From Octopus bimaculoides (taxonomy: Eukaryota), in NCBI RefSeq assembly GCF_001194135.2, contig NC_068986.1, positions 60,371,975 to 60,433,987 on the forward strand: a stretch of 62,013 nucleotides of DNA, given 5' to 3'. Below, one piece after another: positions 1-12,402 of the stretch. Every line of letters begins with the position of its first letter. Position 1 is the first letter of the stretch. The notes beneath the pieces were generated by a model, which was not told the origin of the DNA, made no database searches, and saw only the letters and a program-made list of their open reading frames with translations. Both the position numbers and the translations under genes were made by a program.

Positions 1-2778
1 AGTCAATCCCACGTCTGGTGGAGCATTGGGCGGACAACAATCTCCACTGATCTCTATCGGCAGCCTCTCTCTCAATGTTTTCTCATTTTCTGTTTATTAC
101 TGCTATGTCTGCTTTGAATGATCTGCGCCATGTTGTTTTTGGTCTTCCTCTCTTTCTCTTTCCGTTAGGTGGTTCCCATCTAAATGCTGTTTTGGCGTGC
201 CATTGGTCTGGCATACGGAAAATGTGCCCGGTTAGTCTCATTCTTCTCTCTGCCACGATGTCTTGCAACCTTCTTGACTGTGCTCGCTGGAGGACTGCAG
301 TATTTGTGATGTGGTCGCGATAGGAGATCTTCAATATTTTCCGCAAGCACCTCTGATGGAATACATCCATTTTATTGGATATTGTTGATGTTACTTTCCA
401 AGTTTCATTGACATACAGTGCTGTTGGTAACACGATGGTGCTGAATAGACGCAATTTTATTTCCAAATCAATGCTTTTACTTGCCCAGATTTTCCCCATC
501 TTTCTGAAAACTGCTGCAGCTTTGCCAACTCTCACTTTGACATTACTATCTGCCCCTCCATCACTCGCTAGTACGCTGCCCAGGTATGAAAAGCTGGTAA
601 CATCTTCAACTTGCTGATTTCCAACTGTTATTTTTACATTGCTTTGTTTGTCCTCTACCCATACTTGCATAACCTTGGTCTTTTCATGACTGATTCTGAG
701 ACTAATTTTACCAGCTGTTTCAGCAAGATTTGTTGTCAGTTGCTGCAGTCCTTCTCTGGATTCTTCCAGAAGTTCAATGTCATCAGCAAAGTGAAGGTCA
801 ACCAACTGTTGTTGTTGTTGGTTTTGTTGTTGCTGCTGTTGTTGCCATTGAATACCCAGATTTTTTCCGTCTATTGCCTTTTTCACGATGAAATCAACTG
901 CCAGCAGGAAGAGGAATGGTGACATAATGCAGACTTGTCTCACCCCTGTTTTGATAGCAAAATACTCTGTATTTCCTTCTTGCATTTTTATGCAGCAACT
1001 GCTGTTCTTGTAGATGTTCTGAATGATTGCTATGAATTTCTGCAGAACGCCATACAGTGAGGCAATTTTCCATGGCGATTCTCTGTGTGCAGAATCGAAT
1101 CCATGCTTCAGGAGTTCAGCTGTTATATTGTCTGCACCTGCTGCTTTGTTGTTCTTCAGTTTCTTGATAGCTTTTTCAACTTCATCTTCACTGATGTTAT
1201 CCATTCTTACATCCAGCTGTTGCTGTCCAGTTTCATTATCAAAATTGAAGAGTGTTGCTGGATTTGGCTAGTTTAGTACTGTCTGGAAATGTTCCACCCA
1301 CCGTGATCTTTGTTGCTCTGTTGTTGTGAGTACAGTGCCGTTTTTGTCTTTTACTGGTACTGCTGATGGCCCTCCAGCTTCAGTCAAATCCAGACGATTT
1401 TGTAGAGGGTCCTGGTGTCATTTTGACACCAGGACCCTCTGTGCTTCCTCATTCATCTGCTCAAACCATGCATTCTTGTCCTTTCTGCAGCTTCTCTTCA
1501 CTGCTCTATCCGCCAACTGGTATTGCTCACTGAGTCTTGTATTAGCATCCAGTGTTTTTGCTTGTGCTCTTGCCTGCTTCATCTTTCTTCTCTCATTTAT
1601 CAGGTCCCAGGTTCTTTCTTGTATCCAAATTTCTTTTCTTTTCCCTCTTCTTCTGCCCAGCTGATCTTCTGCAACTTTTGTTACTGCCTCCCTGAATATT
1701 GCTCATTGTTCTTCAATATCAGTTGCTTGCAGCAGTGGTTCAAACTTGATTTCAAGTGCAAGCCTGAACTGTTGTGATTTCTGTTGTTTCAACTTTTTCA
1801 CTGCAAAAGGTCTGATAGGTTTTGGCTTTTGCATCTTTTTTAGCTTCAGTTGAACTTTTCCTTGAACTAAGTGATGATCAGAGCCAACGTCTGCACCTCT
1901 GCACACTCTGACATCAGTCAGTACCGATCTCCATATTTTGCTGATGCAGATGTAGTCAATTTCATTCTCTATCTTGTCATCTGGTGATCTCCAGGTCTTC
2001 TTATGGATTTTTTATGTGCAAGGCACAATCCATTGATGTGACAGAATAGCAGAAGACGCTTTCCGTTGTCATTGGTTTCTGTTACTGAACCATGTGGCAC
2101 AATGACATGTTCTAATCCTGCCCTGTTATTGCCAATCTGCGCATTCATATCACCAGCAAACAGTACAATGTCATGGCTTGGGATGCTGTTGAGCACATCT
2201 TGACACTGCTGATAGAAGGTGTCTTTTTCTTCATCATTTGCATCTTCTGTTGGTGCATATACTGACACAATGGTTGTTTTTGCATGTCTTGACTGCAGCC
2301 TTGCTGTTATTATTCTCTCATTGACTGGATTCCACCCAATCAATGCTCATGCTGCACCAGTCCAACTCCTCTCTGGTGCGCATCTTCTGGTTCTGAGTAC
2401 AGTAAGGTTGTTTCACCACTACTGATCTTGCCACTGCCAGTCCATCGCACCTCTGACAAAGCCAATATCTCTAGCTGGAATCTTTCAAATTCTCTGATAG
2501 CCTGGGCCATTCTGCCCGTTTGGAACATTGTTCTCACGTTCCAGGTTTCAATTTTTGTCACATTGCTGGCATTCAGTATCGAGTTCTTCATCAGACATTA
2601 GGTTTCCTTTCGGATTTAACCCACCATCGTCACAACTTGGATCGAACTGTCTGCCTTGTGCCGATTGTCAGTTGATTTGTTGCCTGTTTCTTTAGCATGT
2701 TGGGATTTTACGGGATAGGGGTGCTAACCCTATGCCCAACCCTCCTTCTTTCCCTCTCTGGACCAGGCGTCGGCGGAG

Positions 2779-2779
<1 letters not shown>
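1..2779 (-). mobile_element. RTE-clade LINE, decayed (APE endonuclease + reverse transcriptase)
   Basis: Endonuclease motifs TWNVRTM..LALSEVRW (2340-2591), VYAPTE..GDMNAQIG (1969-2343) and SDHHLV (1703-1906). RT motifs KAAGAD, TGVRQ.CIMSPFLF, FADD and FSYLGS (83-1204). Frameshifts and an internal deletion. RTE-type 5' UTR GGGTTGGGCATAGGGTTAGCACCCC..CCCGTAAAA at ~2705-2745. Confidence 0.95.

Positions 2780-2842
<63 letters not shown>
2779..2842. repeat. (TA)n microsatellite
   Basis: Direct reading. Confidence 0.97.
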
Positions 2843-2844
<2 letters not shown>

Positions 2845-3044
2845 AGAAAAAAAAAAGTCGTCAGAATTTTGGAAAAAAAAATCCTTTTATTTCTTCATTA
2901 TTATTAGCGCTTTCGTTCCTCTCTAGAACTTGTCAAATACAGTTTTGTATTTGACAAGTTCTAGAGAGGAACGAAAGTGCTAATAATAATGAAGAAATAA
3001 AAGGATTTTTTTTTCCAAAATTCTGATGACTTTTTCCTCAATAT
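2839..3044. repeat. Long palindrome (~100-bp arms, 6-nt spacer AGTTTT at 2941-2946)
   Basis: Arm 2839-2940 is the reverse complement of 2947-3044, with a few transitions and homopolymer length differences. Confidence 0.95.
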
Positions 3045-3199
3045 TCAATTCTGTACATCACACCTAATACTCTGTACACACACACGCATATATTTATATA
3101 TATATAAGATCCGAGGATCGAGGTGTTGGAAGAAAGTTTAGCTTCAAGTAATCCGTAGTAAATATAAAAAACCACTTTCAGGGACTGTAGTGGTTTATT

Positions 3200-5175
3200 G
3201 AAATGCAAAGGGGTTGCTATTAATTATATTTTGAGAATAAATTTAGTGATCGATGTTTGCAAGTAAAAATTATCTGTGGGTTAGCTAAGACCTCGGTTAT
3301 GCAGAGATCACACTTGTTACTATAGCTACTGTATGGATTGGCGTAGGTGACTATGGGCCGCTTAAGAATGTAGGGAGTTGAATCAATCTTTGGTTTATTG
3401 ACAAGCTGAGATAACGATGTCCTGCTGGATTTTGTCTGGGACTTGAAACTGCTGACATTGTACACTTGTAAACGATGTTTGTTGTGAGACAGCGGTTATC
3501 TAAAGGACAGAAAGTTGGGTGTCTGAAGCTGCATAGGTTTGTAGGGGGTCTGAGGATGAATTTGTGAGGGCATTATTTAGTGAGGATTCGGTGTTAGGTT
3601 CGTAATTATTGCTGGCGTTAAGATTAGTATTTGTTAGGGAGCTGAGAGTGGTGTTGTGGCGTTGTATAATATGATAGTAATCGTGCCCGGTGGTAGCGTT
3701 TGTGTCGATCTCTATTTTTACAAGAGGTATAGTTGGACGTTGTGATAAATTTAAGGATCGGGTGTTAGTAGTAGAATTATGAGGATTAGTGTTGTTAAGG
3801 GGGTCAGTTAGTATTTTGGGTTTATACTTATGGAGGTGGGGGTTATGTTGAGTTAAGTTGTTAGGGTGGGGGTTAGCTGGTTGTGGATGGACAATTTTAT
3901 AAATTGGGTGTTAAATATTTTTCGTGGAGGCGGGTGCTAGATTTGAGGAAATGTTTTTCGAGTAGGGCAAAGAAGAATTTAGGTACTCGAGTTTGAACAT
4001 TAAGGGAGAAGGGGTGGAACCAGATAACGTCCCGGGTTCTTTTTCGCTTAATCCGATTAGAAGGGGTCAACTGGGTGGGGGCAGGGTTTGGGAGATACAC
4101 GCTTGTACCTGTTTCGGTGAACGGTGATATATATATAGGATTTGGGGTCATCTGGCAAGAAAGTTGTTCGTTAGGTCGTCTGTTACACCGAAATTTGGAC
4201 GGATATTGGAGTGGTAGCATAGGGGGGATTTTACGTTCATTATAAAGGGGGGGGGCGGAACTGGTTTAAGTTCTGGGTTTAGTGGAGGGAAGGATATCCC
4301 ACAATGGGATATATTCGATTGAGTTTTTATAGCCGGCACGTTGTTGGGCACAATTGTAATATTCTGCATATTGATCGAATCAATCCTTATTGCCAGATAG
4401 TGAGGAAATCTGGTAGGAAACGCTTTCCACAATAGATTTTAGGACAGAGGCGGGATGTTGGAGAAGAAGTTCATGTAGGTTTTCTCCAGGTTTGTGGCAT
4501 GGGCAGAAGATTTGGTTTTGCAAGTCCAAGGTTATGTCCAAGAAATTAGCAGTTTTAACGTCGTTACAGAAAGAAATGCTAAGGCCGACGTTTTTAAAAA
4601 AACTTAATTTTTTTCTAGTCTGTTCGATTTTCCGGTGCTGGAATTTTGGATTGCGAACAGAGCTTCGTCTCTATATAGACCATCGGAGATGTTAGGGAGA
4701 CCGTTAAGTAGGTAATGGGGATGTCAAAAAGTTGGGTGTATTCTTACAGGCTCAGGATTTCCCATCAAACAATATGATACTCCGGCAAGCTACTAATATT
4801 ATATCAATATCGTCGCGAGATAGGTTGGCATGTTTTTTGGCTAAAATTAGGGTCTTATTTAGAAGAATATGAGATATGCTGGAGTAGTATTGATTAATGT
4901 CGATATGTATAAATTTGTGCTTAGGGCATAGAGAATTGAACCACGGTATGTCTACAATGGTTTTGATCCAAAGTTTTAATGTAGATGTGGCAGAAAGTTG
5001 GGGTATTACTCGATCGGGTATAATTTTGCTAATCTTTTATTTAATCAAGATATCCCTGACCTCAATAGTACCCTGCGGTACGCACCTCACTTGAACATTT
5101 AACATTTCCAAGGTTCCGCTCGTTATGAAACATATGTAGTCCGGATCTTATCTACTCCATTCCTTAGCTATTGCT
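3200..5175 (-). mobile_element. Penelope-like retroelement, decayed (RT C-terminal half + GIY-YIG endonuclease)
   Basis: Minus-strand fragments HIDINQYYSSIS (RT), GLYRDEAL, RKRTRDVIWF.PFSLNVQT, CPLDNRCL..NIVYKC and PYSSYSNKCDLCITE match the PLE ORF layout. Many frameshifts. Confidence 0.88.
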
Positions 5176-5205
5176 TATATACATATATATATATATATAT
5201 ATATA

Positions 5206-5768
5206 NNNNNNNNNNNNNNNNNNNNNNNNNNNNNNNNNNNNNNNNNNNNNNNNNNNNNNNNNNNNNNNNNNNNNNNNNNNNNNNNNNNNNNNNNNNNNNN
5301 NNNNNNNNNNNNNNNNNNNNNNNNNNNNNNNNNNNNNNNNNNNNNNNNNNNNNNNNNNNNNNNNNNNNNNNNNNNNNNNNNNNNNNNNNNNNNNNNNNNN
5401 NNNNNNNNNNNNNNNNNNNNNNNNNNNNNNNNNNNNNNNNNNNNNNNNNNNNNNNNNNNNNNNNNNNNNNNNNNNNNNNNNNNNNNNNNNNNNNNNNNNN
5501 NNNNNNNNNNNNNNNNNNNNNNNNNNNNNNNNNNNNNNNNNNNNNNNNNNNNNNNNNNNNNNNNNNNNNNNNNNNNNNNNNNNNNNNNNNNNNNNNNNNN
5601 NNNNNNNNNNNNNNNNNNNNNNNNNNNNNNNNNNNNNNNNNNNNNNNNNNNNNNNNNNNNNNNNNNNNNNNNNNNNNNNNNNNNNNNNNNNNNNNNNNNN
5701 NNNNNNNNNNNNNNNNNNNNNNNNNNNNNNNNNNNNNNNNNNNNNNNNNNNNNNNNNNNNNNNNNNNN
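5206..5768. other. Assembly gap (N run) flanked by (TA)n/(CA)n
   Basis: Direct reading. Confidence 0.99.
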
Positions 5769-5800
5769 ATATACATATACACTCTGCCACAAATAATATG

Positions 5801-5837
<37 letters not shown>

Positions 5838-6510
5838 TACACACCACCCTGATAAACGTAACACACACGGACACATACACAACCCCTGACAAATACAACA
5901 CACTCACATACACATACAAATGCACACACACACACACGCACACACACGTGCACACATATACACACACCACCCTGCTAAATATAGCACACACAAATACACA
6001 GACCCATACACACACACCACGCTGCTCCCAACCAACATCCCACACTATTACTAAATAATAGCAACCATCCTTGCAAAACACATACTAGACTGGAAATGAA
6101 GAAAAAAGTTGGTCATTGGTCATTCCTCTAAAATCCTTAGAAACAATTATGATTTCTGATGAACTTTTGACAAAGCAATACACGCTTTCTCATATCAAAT
6201 ACTGTCTACAATTTCTCTCTGTATATATGCTTATAAACAATTATGAACTTATTTTACTGCCTATTTTGAACACCTTTATGTAAACTGTTTAAACACAAAG
6301 TCTGTCTTAATATTTTCTTATCATTGCCAAAGACTCTATCACTGTATTTTAATACATCTATGTTAACTAATTTTTAACACCACAAAGACTACACAAAGCC
6401 TTGTACTTTACTTTTGAAAATCTTTTTTTTTTTTTAAGTGAAACCGGTCATGTCAATAAACATCTTTAAAAGACGTCTGCCTTTTCAAATCCTCTTCCCT
6501 ATATATACAT

Positions 6511-6511
<1 letters not shown>

Positions 6512-6569
<58 letters not shown>

Positions 6570-6592
6570 GTGTGTGTATGTGTGTGTGTGTG
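6512..6592. repeat. (TG)n microsatellite
   Basis: Direct reading. Confidence 0.97.
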
Positions 6593-7411
6593 TACTTCAT
6601 TTTTGTATGTGGTTTGCAAAATTCTTTATACGAATTTGTGTGTTGAAACAAATTATGTTGCTTTATTATCTAACACACTCACCGGGTCGATTTCCCCTCA
6701 TTTTTTATTTATATTTTTCTTCCAAAATATTCGTTGCTTTTGCAACCTTATCAATGGATATTGGTATTGTTGCACTAATTCCTGTAACTTTAGCATTTCT
6801 TTCAAATTTATATATTTGAAACATTAACATGATGCAATCTACGTTCTCGAAAACACATATCTGCAAAACGTCATTTAGTAAAAATTATAAGGAACTAAAA
6901 TCTCGAAGAGAATATTTTCAATGTTTTCAACATAATTATAATATACAACCTGGAAAATGTATGTTTGCAAAATTGCATTGAAGAAATATGTATTTTAAGA
7001 AAAGTCATGAGAAAACATATTCGGTAGAGCACCAACTTTAGATATGCCGTTTTCTATCAGTCTATCTATAGCCTCCAGGCCAATAAATTCTTTGTGAGTG
7101 AATTTGGTACACGTAAACTGAAAAAAGCCTGGCGTATATGTGTTTGTGCGTGTATGTGTTTTTGTTTGTATATGTGAGTGTGCGTGTGTTTGTCCTCCAC
7201 CACCTGACAACCAATGTTGGTGTGTTTATGTTCCTATAACTTAGTGGTTCGACAAAAGAGACTAATAGACATCGGGCTTAAAAAAAATAAGGTGTCGATT
7301 CATTCGACTAAAAATTTTTCAGAGCGTTGACCAAGATGGCTGCAGTATAGTGATTGAAACAAGAAGATAAAAGATATTATGTTTATATATACACATACAA
7401 ACATTTACACG

Positions 7412-7445
<34 letters not shown>

Positions 7446-7490
7446 CACACACACACACACACACACATGCACACACACACACACACACAC
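7412..7490. repeat. (CA)n microsatellite
   Basis: Direct reading. Confidence 0.96.
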
Positions 7491-8399
7491 AAATCCACAG
7501 TTCCACACCTAAATATATGTATTTTATATTAACAATAGAGTCTAATTCAAGTGTAGTTAACGATGTTAGATGGCATAAAGAGAGAAAGAAAAAATGAAAT
7601 ATAACGGTTTAGAGAATAACTCAAAAAGTAATAATATATAATGTAGTAATATGCGTTTATAAGGAAATTACACAAAACTAGGTAGACGGCAGTAATTCTA
7701 TTGAGCATAGTTATTCGTATCAGATAACGATGATAAAGATAATAGCAAGTAATAGATATGCATTCAATAGCTGTTATGAATAATAAAATATAGAATATAA
7801 ATATAAATAACATAAATATTCGTCTTAAAATATAAAAAATGAAATTTCCAGTAAAATCAAATAATATGAAACAAAAATAAATTATATAAAAATATAGAAT
7901 ACAAGATAAGGTAAAAGTGAATGTAAAGAATGTTGTATGAAATACATGATGCCATAAATTGAGAGAAAAGGAGATAATTAAGGAATTTCTAATAGAAGGA
8001 AAATTGTAGTCGATAGTCTGTCTTTTTCAAAAAACGTTGTACAGAAATATTTTTTATAAAACTATAGGTGAATAAAAAAGAAATATTTTTTATAAAATTA
8101 TAGGTGAATAAAAAAGAAAAAGATATAATGTAAAAGACATTTAAGAAACCCACAATCTAAAGAAAACTTGTAAAGAATATAGGACTAAAGTAAAAGAGGT
8201 AAAGAAAAAGTATAATGTAAAAAATATTTGAGAAATCCCAATCCAAAGGAAACAGCCTATGGTTTGATATGTAATCTTGAATCAAAAGAAAATAAGGGGT
8301 GGAAAGCACAGCTCACGATCTAAGATGTAATTATAGTTAATACGTATTGTAAATAAAATTATTCTTAATGAGAGTCGGTTACCTGATATTAACCTTGTG

Positions 8400-10340
8400 A
8401 AATTTATTAATCAGGATGCTTTTACAGTTCATAATAGCGAGCACCTCTCTACAGTACTTAGTGCCCCTCGCCGCCGGTATAAGACGTTGCACGTCTGACA
8501 ATAGACGAAAAGATTGAGTAATTCAATCTATCTTTTCTAGTCCAGAAGTGCCCCTCAAAACTAATGAGCGTTCTTCTATCTGCGAAGATCATAAATTCGA
8601 GTTTCTACCAGCGATGATTAAAAATTTATTTAAAAATATAGGGCTTATGCTTGAGTAGTAGTTGCCAATATCGACCTGAAGGAAGATGCATTTAGATTTA
8701 TCATGTATCTTTTAGAATTATTCTATGACATTAGTTGTTCTAGACCATGAACACAATTCCACCTTAGCTATAAGTTCAGGAATAATTCTATCTAAAATTA
8801 TCTTAGTTTCTTGTTTATGCCCGATTTTGATGGACAAATCAATTTCACTGAGGTTCGGCTTATGGTTCTTCAAATTAATCGTAGGGTGTTTCGGTATAGT
8901 TGGCACCGTACGATCCATAGTTCACACGCTATTATCCGGAACTTTCTGTTAATATTTCCTAAGATAGAGTCCGGTTCGGTTTAATATCTTTTCTGGAATT
9001 CGTTAATATAATTTATAATCCTCAATTTCATGATTGCAAAAATTTCCAGTCTTGTCCCAGTGTACATGTATTCCGGCAGAATTTTTCAGTTTTTCAATAA
9101 TATTCTTGAGTTTTTTTCCGATGACTATTTCTCGTTGGGTTTCTATAGAATTTTATAGAGAAAATCATATCAATGAGATCACCTTCAAATTCATCCAGCT
9201 GAGGGTTGTGAGGTGGGTTCTTCCTAAATTTAAATTTACGTTTAGACATTAAAATTCATCGCGAGAGTTATGGTTAGCAGAAGCGTTGTCAAAATGAAAT
9301 GCAATCCATCTTAGTCTCCTAATGAAATCGTTGACCTTTTGAATGACGAGATTAATACATTCGGTCTAAAAGTAAATCAAAATAAAGTCTAAATAAATTC
9401 TGTTGGAAGCTATATAGATGAAAGCCTTTGCCGTAGTACGACAATCGGCCATTTAATAAGTTCCATGGTGACATAAGCAGTTGGAATACCCTTCAAAGGT
9501 ATGCAAAGCTAGCGTGCACTTCTTCACGATTTCTCGAAGACATGTCGTAGACCAGCTGTGCGTCGAGAATGGAAGCCAGACTGTTCTTTAGCTAACTTGA
9601 GCTCAAAAATGTCCTTGCATCTCTTTTTCAGACACCTACAGTAGACTAATATATTTATGTTCTTGTATTTATAGTCTTATCTCTGAAAATATTTGTGCTC
9701 CCTGCATTACCTGATTCTTAAATCCAGTATAATGTTTATAAATTTTACAACTTTTGTTTAAATATATTTTATGATAAAAAAACCTTTGTTAGACTGTAAA
9801 TTTTTAATTTTATACTTAAACTTTAATATCTAGACTTTAATATCTAAACTTGATAAACTTTAATATCTAAACTGAAGTTTATCTTTGTTCTACTCAGAAT
9901 CAAACACTGCGATGTTTTTAGATTTTTAAAGTCTTTTTAATATTTCTTTTAAAAAATTTTTTGGTCACTTTTAATTTTCGAATGTTTCTCTTTTTAATAT
10001 TTCTAATTTTTTTTAATGTTTTAATCCTTTTAATATCTTAACGTCCTAAATTTTTAATGCTTAATTTTTCTCTTTTCGTTTTTATTTTATTTTCCTATTA
10101 TTTTTAACTTGTAATTTCTAACTTTAAATTTTAAGTTTTAAGTTTAATTTCAAGATTCAATTTGAACTATGATTTAGTTATTTCATTGAGTTCCAGATTT
10201 ACCAATTTCAGTCTTTATTCTTTATCACATCCTGCTGGGAACTATAAAAAGCTTTTCGCACATATTTTTGCCATAATTTCACATTGCTTGCTTCGCTACT
10301 GTTATTATTATTTCACGAATAATGTCCAGCTAAGAAAATT
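8400..10340 (-). mobile_element. Second Penelope-like element: upstream pLTR-like remnant + ORF N-terminus + RT N-terminal half
   Basis: INLVIQKVNDFIRRLRWIAFHF (~9290-9370), IHVHWDKTGNF, KIILDRI..WSRTTNVIE (8718-8918) and FLQVDIGNYYSSIS (~8650-8700). A CEKLFI..KTEI remnant of the GIY-YIG C-terminus lies upstream at ~10190-10280. Confidence 0.8.
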
Positions 10341-10416
10341 TCTCTTGTCTTAATCGCACATCATTAATCTAAATCGTAATACTAACATGTCGTAATCTGA
10401 TTTAAATTAACTTTCA

Positions 10417-10870
10417 AAATTCGTAACTCTCGGCGCTGGCTTGCTTTAATTTTTACAATATTCTCTCCCTGTTTCATAACCCATGTGTTTCCATAATTTG
10501 CCATGACTTCTCCGGCGATCAAGTCTTTCAAGTTTCTCTCTCCCTCCCCCTCTCTCTCTCTCTCTCTCCCTCTCTCTCTCTCTCTCCCTCTCTCTCNNNN
10601 NNNNNNTCCTCTCTCTCTCTCTCCCTCTCGCCCTCTGTCCTCTCTCTCTCCCTCTCCCTCTCGCCCTCTGTCCTCTCGCCCTCTGTCCTCTCTCTCTCTC
10701 TCCCTCTCGCCCTCTGTCCTCTCGCTCTTCCTCTCTTTCTCCCTCTCCCTCCCCCCTCTCTCTCTAAAAATTTGTAATCCTCGACGCTCACTTGCTTTAA
10801 ATTTTTACAATATTCCCTCTCTGTTTCATAACCCATGTCTTTCCATATTTGCCATTATTTCCGGCGATCA
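10417..10870. repeat. ~105-bp direct repeat (10417-10521 and 10769-10870) bracketing a CT-rich microsatellite
   Basis: Both copies read cttgcttta(a)atttttacaatatt...tgtttcataacccatgt...ccggcgatca. Confidence 0.9.
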
Positions 10871-11817
10871 CGACATCATCATCATCATCATCATCATCAT
10901 CATGTTCCCCATCTGCTTATATTCTGTTATTCTCGTTGCCTTTAATCAATAACAAGCTGTTACTATTATTATGTAATTTCCTTACTCATATCTGAAATAG
11001 GGTTTCTAACCAGATCGAGATGTGTCCTTAGCGCTTCCTCTTGTTACCAGTTGGCTTATGGTTTGTACTTGTATAACAGATAATTTAATACTTAGTACTC
11101 ACTTCTCGAATTCCTTTGCCTTTCATCATTAGATTATTTCTCATTTTTTCTCCAATTCTGTGACTACAATTAATATCTCTTGGTGGGGTAGGGAGTGTTT
11201 ATTCGCTACTATATCTTGAATAACGTTAGTCGTGCCCTCTATTATGAAATTCTTTGTAGTATATCTCAGGATGCTACACTTCTTCCCATACATGAGTTAA
11301 ATTCATCAACTGAGTATTTCGTTGCTCATTAATTCATTAACATGTCAACTGATTAATTAAGTCGTATTGAAGGACTGAGTTTATATATTCACTTACTTTT
11401 CTTATTCACTAACAGTTTATATCTGGGAATCTTAACATAATGTAGAATATCAATGCTATGATTTTTATTAATCCTATTATTTTTAGTAATCTACGTCAGA
11501 CTTTCGTCAAAATATTCTATCGCACTGACAAGTAAGTGAAAAACAAGCTTCAGTGAATCAAGATCAGATATATCTCTTCTAAGAGCTTTATCGGCGGCTA
11601 ATTGTCTTTTATTAGATCTATGAAACTTATTGGGAAGTGATATTATATTCATATTCAGAACAGCTTAGCACCCCATGTCACATCTCTTTATTTCAATACT
11701 CCCTTTAGTGCATTCTTGCCTTAGTTTCTCCTTAATATAAAAATCCTTTTTCTTATTGATAATGCTTTTTTTAAAGTTGTTTTCGGCATCACTATTCTTA
11801 TTATTGTAATTGTTGTT

Positions 11818-12366
11818 TAAGGCGGCGAGCTGGAAGAATCGTTAGCACGCAGGACGAAATACTTAGCGGTATTTCGCCCGTTGATACATTCTGAGTTCAA
11901 ATTCCGCCGAGGTCGACTTTGCTTTTCACCCTTTCGGCATCGGTCGATAAATTAAGTATCAGGGATACACTGTAGTCGATATAATCGACTAGTCCTCTCT
12001 CCAAAAATATTTCAGGCCTTGTGTCTTCAGCAGAAAGGATTATTATTATTGTTGTTGTTATTTAAGGCGGCGAGCTAGCAGAATCGTTAGCACGCCGGGC
12101 AAAATGCGTAGTGGCATTTCGTCCGTCTTTACGTTCTGAGTTCAAATTCCGCCGAGGACGACTTTGCCTTATCATCCTTTCGAGGTCGATAAAATAAGTA
12201 CCAATTAAGCACTGGGGTCGATCTAACCGACTTACCTTTCCTCGAAATTGCTGGCCTTGTGCCAAAATTTGAAATCATCATTCTTCTTCTTATTATTATT
12301 ATTACTACTATTATTATTATTATTATTACTATTATTATTATTATTATTGCTACTATTATTATTACT

Positions 12367-12402
<36 letters not shown>

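Noticed and set aside
5164-6081. Long ORFs spanning N gaps or microsatellites (also 12129-13078, 23332-24128, 24500-25064, 49120-49778)
   Set aside because: Artefacts of N runs and simple repeats. Only the real-sequence ends matter (Tc1 fragment at 23312; translin tail at 49085).
6995-7130. Apparent minus-strand exon after a TTTTTTCAG acceptor
   Set aside because: The sequence resembles a decayed copy of the second SINE family (ttcagtttccgtctaccaaatcc...gaggctatag).
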